Shown: positions 55,730 to 64,000 of the stretch, piece by piece | Position numbering within the stretch: position 1 is the stretch's first letter | Layout: each line of letters begins with the position of its first letter | Assembly: GCA_038239145.1 (NCBI GenBank) | Contig: JBBSFB010000014.1 | Location: 11,161 to 75,160, forward strand | Length of the DNA stretch: 64,000 nt | From: Acidimicrobiia bacterium | GTDB taxonomy: Bacteria; Actinomycetota; Acidimicrobiia; IMCC26256; PALSA-610 | Direction of reading: 5' to 3' | Made by a program: the position numbers and the translations under genes | The notes under the pieces: generated by a model | The model's input: the letters and a program-made list of their open reading frames with translations, nothing else | Told to the model about the DNA's origin: nothing | The model's database searches: none

Positions 55730-56043
55730 ACAACGGCGCGACCGCGCTCGGATCGGTGCATTCCGACATCGACGATTCCGGTGCGCGCGTCGTCAGGCTC
55801 GTCGGTGAGATCGACATCTCCAACGCCGACGCGCTCGGGCGCCACCTCGATCGCTTGCTTGCGGTGAGCGGCGGCCCGGTGGTCATCGACCTCGCCGGGC
55901 TCGATTTCATGGACAGCTCCGGGATCGCAATGCTGTTGCGAGCAGTGGGTGACGCCGCAACGGTCGAGATCCGCAATCCCTCGACGGTGGTACGCCGCAT
56001 CATCGAGTGCACCGGCCTCGCCGAGATACTGCGGATCTCGTGA
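55717..56043 (+). CDS. STAS-domain anti-sigma-factor antagonist (RsbV/SpoIIAA-like)
   Basis: ORF 55717-56043. ...LVGEIDISNADAL...VIDLAGLDFMDSSGIAML... Confidence 0.85.
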   Translation: MAPVDNGATALGSVHSDIDDSGARVVRLVGEIDISNADALGRHLDRLLAVSGGPVVIDLAGLDFMDSSGIAMLLRAVGDAATVEIRNPSTVVRRIIECTGLAEILRIS

Positions 56044-56447
56044 GTGAGCGGCGGACCTTTCCCGGGCGCGCGTCATCGGTGCGCGCTGCTCGTCACTACG
56101 CGGTGAACGTCTTGGGCGACGTTCCCGATTTCGTTGCCGAGTCGGTAGCGATCGCGGTGTCGGAGCTCGCGACCAACTGCGTGTTGCACGCCGACACCGA
56201 GTTCACGGTCGACGTCGACCGGACGACCGATCGGATCCGGGTCGAGGTCTCCGATCTCGGCGGGGGGGTCCCGACCGTACGGACTCCGGCGGCGACGGAC
56301 CTATCGGGACGGGGACTGCTGCTCGTGCGGGAGCTGTCCGACGAGTGGGGAGTGAATACGTCTGGGGAGCAACCCGGGAAGAGCGTGTGGTTCAGCATCC
56401 ACCTGTCTGCATCTCCGGGCGCAACGCTGCAGGACGCCGATCTCTGA
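56040..56447 (+). CDS. RsbW/SpoIIAB-like anti-sigma serine kinase (HATPase_c_2)
   Basis: In ORF 56007-56447 from GTG 56040 (GTGA overlap). ...AVSELATNCVLHA...GRGLLLVRELSDEWGV... Confidence 0.8.
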   Translation: MSERRTFPGRASSVRAARHYAVNVLGDVPDFVAESVAIAVSELATNCVLHADTEFTVDVDRTTDRIRVEVSDLGGGVPTVRTPAATDLSGRGLLLVRELSDEWGVNTSGEQPGKSVWFSIHLSASPGATLQDADL

Positions 56448-56471
56448 TCGGGCTCACAGTCCACATCCGGG

Positions 56472-56879
56472 TTGGCACCCCGTGACCCCGGGGACACTGA
56501 GTGTGTGACCAGTCCCGCCTGGAGACGTATCGCGAACTCGCCCGGCGCGCCTGCGGCCGCGCGTCGCTACGTCGGTGAGGTCCTGGCCGGCGACCCGGCC
56601 GAAGTCGTCGACGCGGTGGCGCTCATGGTGTCCGAACTCGCGACGAACTGCGTGCGCTACGCCGACACCGATCTCTCCGTGTCGGTCGAGAGGCAACCGG
56701 GACGCGTGCGGGTCGATGTCGCCGACGGGAGCGGGGGCGCGCCCAGGCTGAGGAACCCCGGACCGTCCGATACGACGGGACGCGGGCTGCGCATCGTGCA
56801 GCAACTCTCGGACGAATGGGGTGTACACGAGCACGGTGACCGCCGCGGCAAGAGCGTGTGGTTTTTCGTGCGTGCGTGA
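56472..56879 (+). CDS. second RsbW-like ATP-binding protein (paralogue)
   Basis: ORF 56472-56879. ...MVSELATNCVRYA...GRGLRIVQQLSDEWGV... Confidence 0.75.
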   Translation: MAPRDPGDTECVTSPAWRRIANSPGAPAAARRYVGEVLAGDPAEVVDAVALMVSELATNCVRYADTDLSVSVERQPGRVRVDVADGSGGAPRLRNPGPSDTTGRGLRIVQQLSDEWGVHEHGDRRGKSVWFFVRA

Positions 56880-56924
56880 CGTGCACTGGACGGGGTCCTC
56901 GCCGAACGCGCGCTTCGAGCCGGC

Positions 56925-59716
56925 TCAGACCATGGGCGTCGGAATGAGCTCGACCCGGTTGCGGCCGAGTTCCTTCGCCTTGTAGAGCGCGGCGTCGGCG
57001 CGCTTGAGCACGTGTGGGATCGCGAGACGCTCGACCCCGGACTGCATCCGCTGGATCGCCTACGTGCCCGACTCGATCGATTGCTCGGGGAACACACAGA
57101 GGAACTCGTCGCCGCCGAATCGGTAGAGCGCGTCACCCGCGCGTGCGTGCGCGAGGAGTTGGGCGGTGAAGGTTTGCAGGACGAGATCGCCGGCGCAATG
57201 CCCGTACATGTCGTTGTACGACTTGAAGTGATCGACGTCGACCATCGCCATGCAGTATCGATGTAAATAGCGGGCGACCCGCGCTTCCAGAAGATCGAGA
57301 TCCTGTTCGAAGGCACGGCGGTTCCCCAGGCCGGTGAGGGGATCGCGGCGAGAGATCGCCGTCAGTTCCAGGTCAGCAGCCGCAGCCGATCCGCAGCCGA
57401 TCCGCAGCCGTTGTATCGATTCCGGTCGGGCCTCGGGAGCACCGAATCCGTGGCCGGCCGACGGTTCGTGGCGACGAGCGAGAGTGGGCGTTCCGGAGCG
57501 GACGGTGATGCTCCTTCGGCCTCGGCCGCGGGCGAGGTCGTCGCGACCCTTCCCAACGGGAGGAAGACGGTAAAGGTGCTCCCCGCACCGGGCACGCTCG
57601 AGAGCGTGATCTCACCACCGAGGAGCCCGACCAGCTCGCGGCTGATGGAGAGCCCGAGCCCTGTGCCGCCGTAGAGGCGCGCGGTGGTGCCGTCGCCCTG
57701 GGCGAACGCCTCGAAGATGCGACGTTGTTGGAGCTCTTCGATGCCGATACCCGTATCGTGGACGGCAACCGCCAAGACGGATCCCGCGCCGGTCAGCGAC
57801 TCGCTCTCGCGCGACCAGCCCGTGCTGGCGAGTCCGATCTCGAGATGCACGTCGCCGCGCTCGGTGAACTTGAACGCGTTGGCGAGCAGGTTCTTGAGGA
57901 TCGGGCGGAGTCGCTGGGGATCGGTGACGAACTGGGCCGGACACTGGGCGGCGACGTCGATCGCGAACGACACCCCCTTGGTCCGGGCGACGTGATCGAA
58001 CTCGCGCACGAAATCGTCGCGCAGCTGGCGGACGGACACGTCGGCCATCTCGACGGTCGCCGTCCCGGATTCGACCTTGGCCAGGTCAAGGATGCTGTTG
58101 AGGCGACCGAGGAGATCCCGACCCGACGTGAGGATGACGCTCGCGTACTCGACCTGGACGTCGGTCATGTTCTTGTCGCGGGCGTCGGCGAGCTGCTCGG
58201 CCAGGATCAGCAGACTGTTCAACGGGGTGCGGAGCTTGTGCGACATGTTCGCGATGAACTCCGACTTGTACTTCGACGAGACCGCGAGCTCGGAGGCCTT
58301 CTCCTCGACGAGCACCTGGATTGTTCGACTTTCTCGTTCTTCTGTTCGGCCTCGGGTTGCGGTCGGCGAGGAGGCTGGCCTGCCGTTCGAGATCCTCGTT
58401 CGACTCGCGTAGCTCTTCTTGTTGCGACCGCAGCTCTTCGGCCTGGGACTGTGATTGACGGAGCAGGTTCTCGGTCAGCGTGTTCGCCTCGATCGTGTTC
58501 ATCGTGAGGCCGATGCTCTCGGGCAGCTGTTCGAGGAAGGCCTGGTGCGTGACGCTGAACGGCGAGAACGACGCAAGCTCCACCACCGCACGTACCGCGC
58601 CTTCGAACAACACGGGGAGCACGATGATGTTGAGCGGCGGAGACGAGCCGAGGCCCGAGTTGATCCGCACGTAGTCGGCGGGCAAGTCCGTGAGCAGGAT
58701 CCGCGACTTCTCCTTGGCGCACTGGCCCACGAGGCCTTCGCCGATACGGAACGTCGTCGACAGATTTTTGCGCTCCTCGTAGCCGTAGCCGGCGGTGAGC
58801 TCGAGCACGGGCTCGGTGCCGTCGGACGGATTCGTCATCGTGTAGAAGACCCCGTGTTGGGCGGAGACGAGCGGGGCCAGCTCGGAGAGGATCATGCTCG
58901 ATACCTCCTCCAGGTCGCGCTGCCCTTGCAGCATGCGCGTGAACCGCTCCCGGTTCGTCTTCACCCAGTCCTGTTCGATGTTCTCGCGCGTCGTCTCGCC
59001 GAGGGTGCGGATCATCTCGTTGAGCGCGTCCTTCAAGACCGCGACCTCGCCGCTGGCCTCGACCCGCACCTGGCGGGTCAGGTCCCCCTCGGTGACGGCG
59101 GTCGCCACGTCGGAGATTGCCCGGACCTGGTTGGTGAAATTGGCGGCCAACTGGTTCACGTTGGGTGAGGTCCTTCCACACTCCGCCCACTTCGATGGTG
59201 ACGGCGGCGGCCTGCCCGAGCTTGCCTTCGGTGCCAAACTCGCGGGCAACGCGCGTCGCTTCGGAGATGAAGCCGTTAGCTGGTCGACCATGGCGTTGAT
59301 GGTGCTCTTGAGGTCGAGCATCTCGCCGTGCACGTCGGCGGACACCTTCTCGCTGAGGTCGCCGTCGGCGACCGCGCCGATGACGCGCTGCATCTCGCTC
59401 GTCGGGCGGACGAGATCCTCGATGAGGCTGTTCACCGAATCGATCGGTCCCGACCAGCGCGGCGTAAGTCCGCCCCGTTCGACGCGCTGCGACAGCCGGC
59501 CCTGTTTGCCGACGAGGTCACTGACGCGCGGTAGCTCGGCGCAGAATGTCTGGTTCACGGAGACGATGTCGTTGAACCATCGGCGACCTTCCCCGCGAGG
59601 CCGGTCCAGCCGGGCGGCGGGCGGGCCGAGAAGTCGCCGGTCTTGACTTGCTTCAAGAAGCACAAGAGCACGTTGGCGTCGATCGTGTCTTCGTCGTTCA
59701 CCGCGGTCGCGGTCAT
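56925..59716 (-). pseudogene. disrupted multi-HAMP / GAF / HisKA-HATPase / GGDEF sensor protein
   Basis: One recognisable protein is split over ORFs 59555-60436 (tail MTATAVND...GKVADG), 58086-59663 (HAMP repeats, GAF), 58219-59190 (GGVWKDLT; EAEQKNEKVEQS), 57362-58315 (ANMSHKLRTPL...GTGLGLSIS) and 57060-57251 (GGDEF: RFGGDEF). That makes at least 6 frame changes plus an in-frame TAG at 57060-57062. Confidence 0.7.
57380..57410. repeat. 11-bp tandem repeat (ccgcagccgat, about 2.8 copies)
   Basis: Read directly. It sits at the junction between the kinase frame and the GGDEF frame. Confidence 0.9.
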
Positions 59717-59760
59717 CGAGTTCTCCAAATGGTTAGCCGGGTCATATGCACGGGAGATCG

Positions 59761-61836
59761 CTACGAGTGGGAACCGACCGAGCCGGAGGCACGATCGAGC
59801 GCGCTCTCGGCTTCGTCTGCTGCGACGGGCCGGGCAAAGAGGTAGCCCTGGGCGCGCGAACAGCCGAGGCTGACGAGACACTCGCGTTGGAGGTCGGTCT
59901 CGACGCCCTCGGCGATGGTCGTGAACCCGAGGGTGTCGGCGAGATTCACCACTGCGGCCACGATGGCCGAGTCTTCGAGGTCCTTGCCGAGGCCGCCGAC
60001 GAACGTGCGGTCGATCTTCAAGACGTCGACGGGAAACCGACGGAGATATGCGAGCGAGGAGTAGCCGGTCCCGAAGTCGTCGATACTGAGTTGCACGCCG
60101 AGATCGTGCAGTGACTGCAGGATCGTGACGGTGCGCGGCGCGTCGTCCATCAGCACGCTCTCGGTCATCTCGAGCTGGAGGTCCTCGGCGTCGAGCTCGG
60201 AATCGGCGAGCGCAGAGGAGACGAGCTGGACGAGCCCGGGCTGACCGAGTTGGGCGCCCGAGAGGTTCACCGACATCATCAGTCGGGGCCAGCGGGGGTC
60301 GCGGGCCTGGAACCGCTTGGCCTGCATGCACGCCTCGCGCAGCACCCACGCGCCGAGCGGGACGATGAGCCCCGACTCTTCGGCGACGCTGATGAACTCG
60401 TCCGGCCCGAGTAGCCCGCGGGCGGGATGGGCCCAACGCACGAGCGCTTCGTGGCCGAGCACCTGGCCGTTCACGAGGCTGACGACGGGTTGGTAGTGCA
60501 CGCGTAGGTCGCCGTTGACGATGGACTTGCGCAGCGACGTCTCGGTGTCGAGCCGACCCACGCCGGTCGGGCGCATGGTCTCCGAGAACAACTCCGATCG
60601 GCCCCGCCCGGCCGCCTTGGCCCGATACATCGCCACGTCGGCATCGCCGAGCAGCGCACCCGCGTCGACCGCCTGGGTCGCGAGCGCGACGCCGCAGCTG
60701 ACCGAGACGACGAGGTCGTCGCCGGCGCGCGCGAACGGGTCAGTCATGGCGGTGCAGATCCGGTCGGCGATACGCATCGCCTCGTGTTCGTCTGTGATTC
60801 CCTCGCAAAGGACGACGAACTCGTCTCCGTCGATACGGGCCAGCGTGTCCTCGGGGCGGATCAGGTTCTTCAGGCGCGCTGAGATCGCGATCAGGAGGGC
60901 GTCGCCGGCCGCGTAGCCGAGGTTGTCGTTGATGACCTTGAAGCGGTCGACGTCGACGTGGATGACGCCGACGATCACCGGGACCCGGGCCAGGCGGATG
61001 AGGGCTTGTTCCAGTCGGTCGACGAGCAGCCGTCGGTTCGGGAGCCCGGTGAGACGATCGTGGAGCTCCTGGTGCGCGAGCGCGGCGGCGGCCTCTACTG
61101 CTTCGGTGACGTCCTGCGCGGTACCGAGCAGCCGTTCGGGTCCGTCCGGACCAACCTCGACCCGGCCCCGGATGCACACCCAACGCTCCGCGCCGTCGGG
61201 GAGCCGCAAGCGGTGCTGCGTCACGAACGGCTGCAGGTCGGTGACCGCAACGGTGAGCGCGCGCACGGTCGACGCGCGATCGTCGGGGTGGATCCGGTCC
61301 GTCAGCTCTTGGTAGCCGGGCTCGTGATCGCGGTCGAACCCGAGCAACCGGTAGAGCTCGTGCGACCAGCTCACGACGTTGGTCGCGAGGTCGACTTCCC
61401 AGCTGCCGACGCGTGCGATGCTCTCGACCTCGTCGAGCGATGCCTCGGACCGTTTCAGCAGGATCGCGTGGCGGATCGCACCGGTCAGCGACTTGCTTTC
61501 GAGCGCGTGCTTCGCGAGTACGTCGACAGGGCCGGCGTGGACGGTCGCGACTCCGATGCGATCGGAGTCGCTGTCGGAGAGCGCGACGAACGCGACGTTC
61601 GACGATCGGGCCGCCATCGTCTCCACCGTGGCGATTCCGCCACCCGCAACGTCGACAACGACGCAATCGGTCGGCACCGCGCCGAGGTGCGCCAGTGCGG
61701 CGGCGGACGACGTGACGCGCGTGACGACGAATCCGGAGCGTGTGTCGTCGCGGAGCAGCGCCGCGATCAGCTCCCCGCCGGAGTCGTCGGGTGCGACGAT
61801 CAGTAGCGTCGCGGGCCGGGTGGCATCACCGATCAC
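59761..61836 (-). CDS. receiver-like / PAS / degenerate GGDEF / EAL c-di-GMP signalling protein
   Basis: In ORF 59761-62025 from GTG 61836 (AGGAG 8 nt upstream). The GGDEF site reads IDGDEF. EAL motifs GHEALVRW, DDFGTGYSS and EGVETD are intact. Confidence 0.85.
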   Translation of the reverse strand: MIGDATRPATLLIVAPDDSGGELIAALLRDDTRSGFVVTRVTSSAAALAHLGAVPTDCVVVDVAGGGIATVETMAARSSNVAFVALSDSDSDRIGVATVHAGPVDVLAKHALESKSLTGAIRHAILLKRSEASLDEVESIARVGSWEVDLATNVVSWSHELYRLLGFDRDHEPGYQELTDRIHPDDRASTVRALTVAVTDLQPFVTQHRLRLPDGAERWVCIRGRVEVGPDGPERLLGTAQDVTEAVEAAAALAHQELHDRLTGLPNRRLLVDRLEQALIRLARVPVIVGVIHVDVDRFKVINDNLGYAAGDALLIAISARLKNLIRPEDTLARIDGDEFVVLCEGITDEHEAMRIADRICTAMTDPFARAGDDLVVSVSCGVALATQAVDAGALLGDADVAMYRAKAAGRGRSELFSETMRPTGVGRLDTETSLRKSIVNGDLRVHYQPVVSLVNGQVLGHEALVRWAHPARGLLGPDEFISVAEESGLIVPLGAWVLREACMQAKRFQARDPRWPRLMMSVNLSGAQLGQPGLVQLVSSALADSELDAEDLQLEMTESVLMDDAPRTVTILQSLHDLGVQLSIDDFGTGYSSLAYLRRFPVDVLKIDRTFVGGLGKDLEDSAIVAAVVNLADTLGFTTIAEGVETDLQRECLVSLGCSRAQGYLFARPVAADEAESALDRASGSVGSHS

Positions 61837-62131
61837 GGCGTGAACTCCTGATGTGCGTCGGTCATCGGTTTCTCCCGGATCTGATTGAGCCCTGCGCCGG
61901 GGTCCGGGGCGAATCCGCGCGCAGGTTCTGTTCGTCGCCGGGCGGGTGGTATGAGAGCTACTTTCCGTGCGGAGAGGTAGTCCAGCTACTGGACTGTTCT
62001 TTCGCCGGCCCGGGTCATGGCTCACGGGGGCTCCTCAGGAACCCCGCGGGTCGCCCGCATGTGGTTCTCAGGATCGCCCGGCATCATGGTGGCTCGTTGC
62101 CGAGTCGACCCGTGCCAAGGAGCCCACCCGC

Positions 62132-63253
62132 ATGAGCGGAACCGACGAGACGCCCCCGCCCCCGTTTCCCGCGGTCAGTTCCGGCCCGAACGTGGGGGAC
62201 CCGAACCGCGTCGACCAGAGCCTGGCCGGCCCGGACCCGCAGCGGCCGACCGACGACAACATGCGACACGCCGAGCGCCTCGAAGAGGCGCTCTTCGAAG
62301 TGAAGCGTGTGATCGTCGGCCAGGACCGCATGGTCGAGAGAGCGATGATCTGCCTGCTCGCCCGCGGCCACTGCCTGATCGAAGGCGTTCCCGGCCTCGC
62401 GAAGACGTTGACGGTCTCGACGCTCGCCAACGTGGTCGGCGGCTCGTTCACCCGACTGCAGTTCACGCCCGACCTCGTCCCGGCCGACATCGTCGGCACG
62501 CGCGTGTGGCGACCGTCGCGCGAGGACTTCGACATCGAATGGGGCCCGATCTTCGCCAACCTGGTGCTCGCGGACGAGATCAACCGCGCGCCGGCCAAGG
62601 TGCAGTCGGCGTTACTCGAGGTCATGGCCGAGCGTCACGTCTCCATCGCAGGTCAGACGCGGGCGACCCCGAACCCGTTCCTCGTGTTGGCGACACAGAA
62701 CCCGATCGAATCAGAAGGCGTCTACGCGTTGCCGGAAGCACAACGCGACCGCTTCTTGATGCAGATCGTCGTCGGTCAACCCTCCTACGTGGAGGAGCTC
62801 GAGATCGCGCGCCGCATGGGCGTGCGCCCTCCGGAAGCCAAGCAGATGCTGTCGATCGAACAGCTCGTCGAACTGCAGCTCGCCGTCGACGAGATCTTCG
62901 TGCACCACGCGGTGCAAGACTACGCGGTCCGGCTCGTGATGGCGACGCGTGACCCGGTCGGGTGGCACGTTCCCGAGATCGCCGGTCATGTCGGTCTGGG
63001 TGCGAGCCCGCGCGCCACGCTCGGACTTCTCGCGGCCGGTCGCGCGCTCGCGCTCATGCGCGGCCGCCGGTTCCTCGTGCCCCAAGACGTCGCCGACGTG
63101 GCACCCGAGATCCTCCGCCACCGATTGATCCTGACGTACGACGCGCTCGCCGAGGGGGTCACGACGGACGACGTGATCGGACGCGTGCTGGCGACGATGC
63201 CCGTTCCGCAGGTGACGCCGAGGCAGGAGAGCGGCCTGCAGGAAACCGCGTGA
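62132..63253 (+). CDS. MoxR-family AAA+ ATPase
   Basis: In ORF 61967-63253 from ATG 62132 (RBS AAGGAG). Walker A EGVPGLAKT, Walker B LVLADEINRA, plus QNPIESEGVYALPEAQRDRF. Confidence 0.9.
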   Translation: MSGTDETPPPPFPAVSSGPNVGDPNRVDQSLAGPDPQRPTDDNMRHAERLEEALFEVKRVIVGQDRMVERAMICLLARGHCLIEGVPGLAKTLTVSTLANVVGGSFTRLQFTPDLVPADIVGTRVWRPSREDFDIEWGPIFANLVLADEINRAPAKVQSALLEVMAERHVSIAGQTRATPNPFLVLATQNPIESEGVYALPEAQRDRFLMQIVVGQPSYVEELEIARRMGVRPPEAKQMLSIEQLVELQLAVDEIFVHHAVQDYAVRLVMATRDPVGWHVPEIAGHVGLGASPRATLGLLAAGRALALMRGRRFLVPQDVADVAPEILRHRLILTYDALAEGVTTDDVIGRVLATMPVPQVTPRQESGLQETA

Positions 63254-64000
63254 GCGGTTCCGGGCGACGGCCGGAGGGCATCGCACCGGTCGCCCGCAAA
63301 GCGGCCGAGTTGCGGAGACTCGAGCTGCTCGTGACCCACCGGCTCGACGGGTTGCTCCGGGGAGAGTTCCTCGGTCGCCGAGCCGGCCCGGGCTCGGAGG
63401 TCGCGGGAGCGCGCGCGTACGAAGCGGGCGACGACTCGCGCTGGATCGACTGGAACCTGACCGCGCGATCGATCGTCCCGCAGGTGCGCACGACGGAAGC
63501 CGACCGGGAGTTGCAGACGTGGACGATCGTCGACCGGTCCGCGAGCATGAACTTCGGGACGGGCGAGCGGGAGAAGTCGGAGGTCGCGTTCGCGGCCGCG
63601 GCCGCATTCGGGTTCCTGACCGCGCGGCACGGTAATCGCTTCGGCATCCTGGTCGCCGGTGCTGACGACGTGCTGCGATTCGGACCGACCTCGACCCGGC
63701 CCGAGCTCCTCGCGACGCTCTCGCGTCTCTACGACGTTCCTGGCCGGACCGAACGGGCCGAAGGTGATTCCGACCTCGCCGCGACCTTGGAGTCGCTCGA
63801 GCGGGCGCGACCCCGCCGGGGTCAGGTCATCGTGATCTCCGACTTCCTCGACCCGACCGACTGGCGGCCGGCTATCGCGCGCCTCGCGCAGACGCAACAG
63901 GTCCTGTGCGTCCAGGTCGTCGATGCGCGCGAGCTCGCGCTCCCGGCGGCGGGAATGCTGACGCTCGTCGATACCGAGACCGGTCGGAACCTGCACGTGC
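63250..64000 (+). CDS. DUF58 (vWA-like) protein, 3'-truncated by the window end
   Basis: My own translation from GTG 63250 (GTGA overlap with moxR). ...GSEVAGARAYEAGDDSRWIDWNLTARS... is the DUF58 hallmark. The frame is open to 64000. Confidence 0.8.
   Translation, partial: MSGSGRRPEGIAPVARKAAELRRLELLVTHRLDGLLRGEFLGRRAGPGSEVAGARAYEAGDDSRWIDWNLTARSIVPQVRTTEADRELQTWTIVDRSASMNFGTGEREKSEVAFAAAAAFGFLTARHGNRFGILVAGADDVLRFGPTSTRPELLATLSRLYDVPGRTERAEGDSDLAATLESLERARPRRGQVIVISDFLDPTDWRPAIARLAQTQQVLCVQVVDARELALPAAGMLTLVDTETGRNLHV

Noticed and set aside
58086-59663. ORF 58086-59663 as an intact 525-aa HAMP/GAF protein, and 57362-58315 as a stand-alone kinase
   Set aside because: Their termini are out-of-frame continuations of one another. 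Conserved motifs (NGFISEATRVAREFGTEGKLGQ..., EAEQKNEKVEQS, VLVEEKA) resume in other frames, and the 5' end of 58086-59663 and 3' end of both are junk. They are treated as fragments of one pseudogene.
10494-59716. All frameshifts as sequencing or assembly artefacts
   Set aside because: This cannot be excluded without reads. It is not adopted as the default because more than 60 other genes, including long ones with precise 4-bp overlaps, are intact. The lesions also cluster in a few genes and partly at tandem repeats. It is flagged as the key control for findings at 10582, 39490 and 56925.
1-64000. CRISPR arrays, tRNA/rRNA genes, transposases, integrases, phage or defence-system genes
   Set aside because: None were found. 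The only repeats are short tandem units (7, 9, 11 and 24 bp) without spacers. No nuclease, helicase, methylase or recombinase signatures were seen in any supported ORF.

Overview
The window is a very high G+C, gene-dense chromosomal segment. Its gene content (mycothiol/DinB-type enzyme, nitrobindin, DUF4331, SigE-type ECF sigma, partner-switching proteins) points to Actinomycetota; that assignment is an inference. I support about 65 protein-coding genes, many linked by 1- or 4-bp start/stop overlaps. I found no rRNA, tRNA, CRISPR array, transposase or integrase. The recognisable blocks are as follows. (1) 246-10330: housekeeping and redox enzymes (P450, DinB-like, nitrobindin, GHMP kinase, serine hydrolase, orphan NuoF-like flavoprotein, aldo-keto reductase, sarcosine-oxidase-like and KstD-like flavoproteins). 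(2) 11820-16628: secreted phosphoesterases and hydrolases. (3) 16675-22364: a minus-strand string of Tat-signal mini-protein, DUF4331, His-rich protein, NikMN-NikQ-NikO and a Fur-family regulator. I rate this the best candidate for an uncharacterised (metal-related) system. (4) 22520-25199: a MacB/FtsX-type ABC pair coupled to an SGNH lipoprotein. (5) 25264-33145: two divergent, translationally coupled operons encoding GT2, DUF2064, a membrane Mo-oxidoreductase, a GT-C-like membrane protein, a two-component system, an epimerase and a methyltransferase. (6) 34408-35997: an ECF sigma fused in frame to a TM segment and a Kelch propeller. (7) 42910-46743: a cobalamin riboswitch ahead of an ECF T/AA/S transporter. 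(8) 53074-56879: a partner-switching module (2 STAS, PP2C, 2 RsbW-like kinases) with no sigma gene. (9) 39538-61836: c-di-GMP signalling genes, two of them decayed. (10) 62132-64000: MoxR-DUF58, running off the window end. Several genes are broken by frameshifts, and two of the breaks coincide with tandem repeats whose unit length is not a multiple of 3 (7 bp and 11 bp). All calls rest on reading the supplied ORF translations and the DNA by eye. No database search was run, so family names are recognition-based and start codons are approximate.
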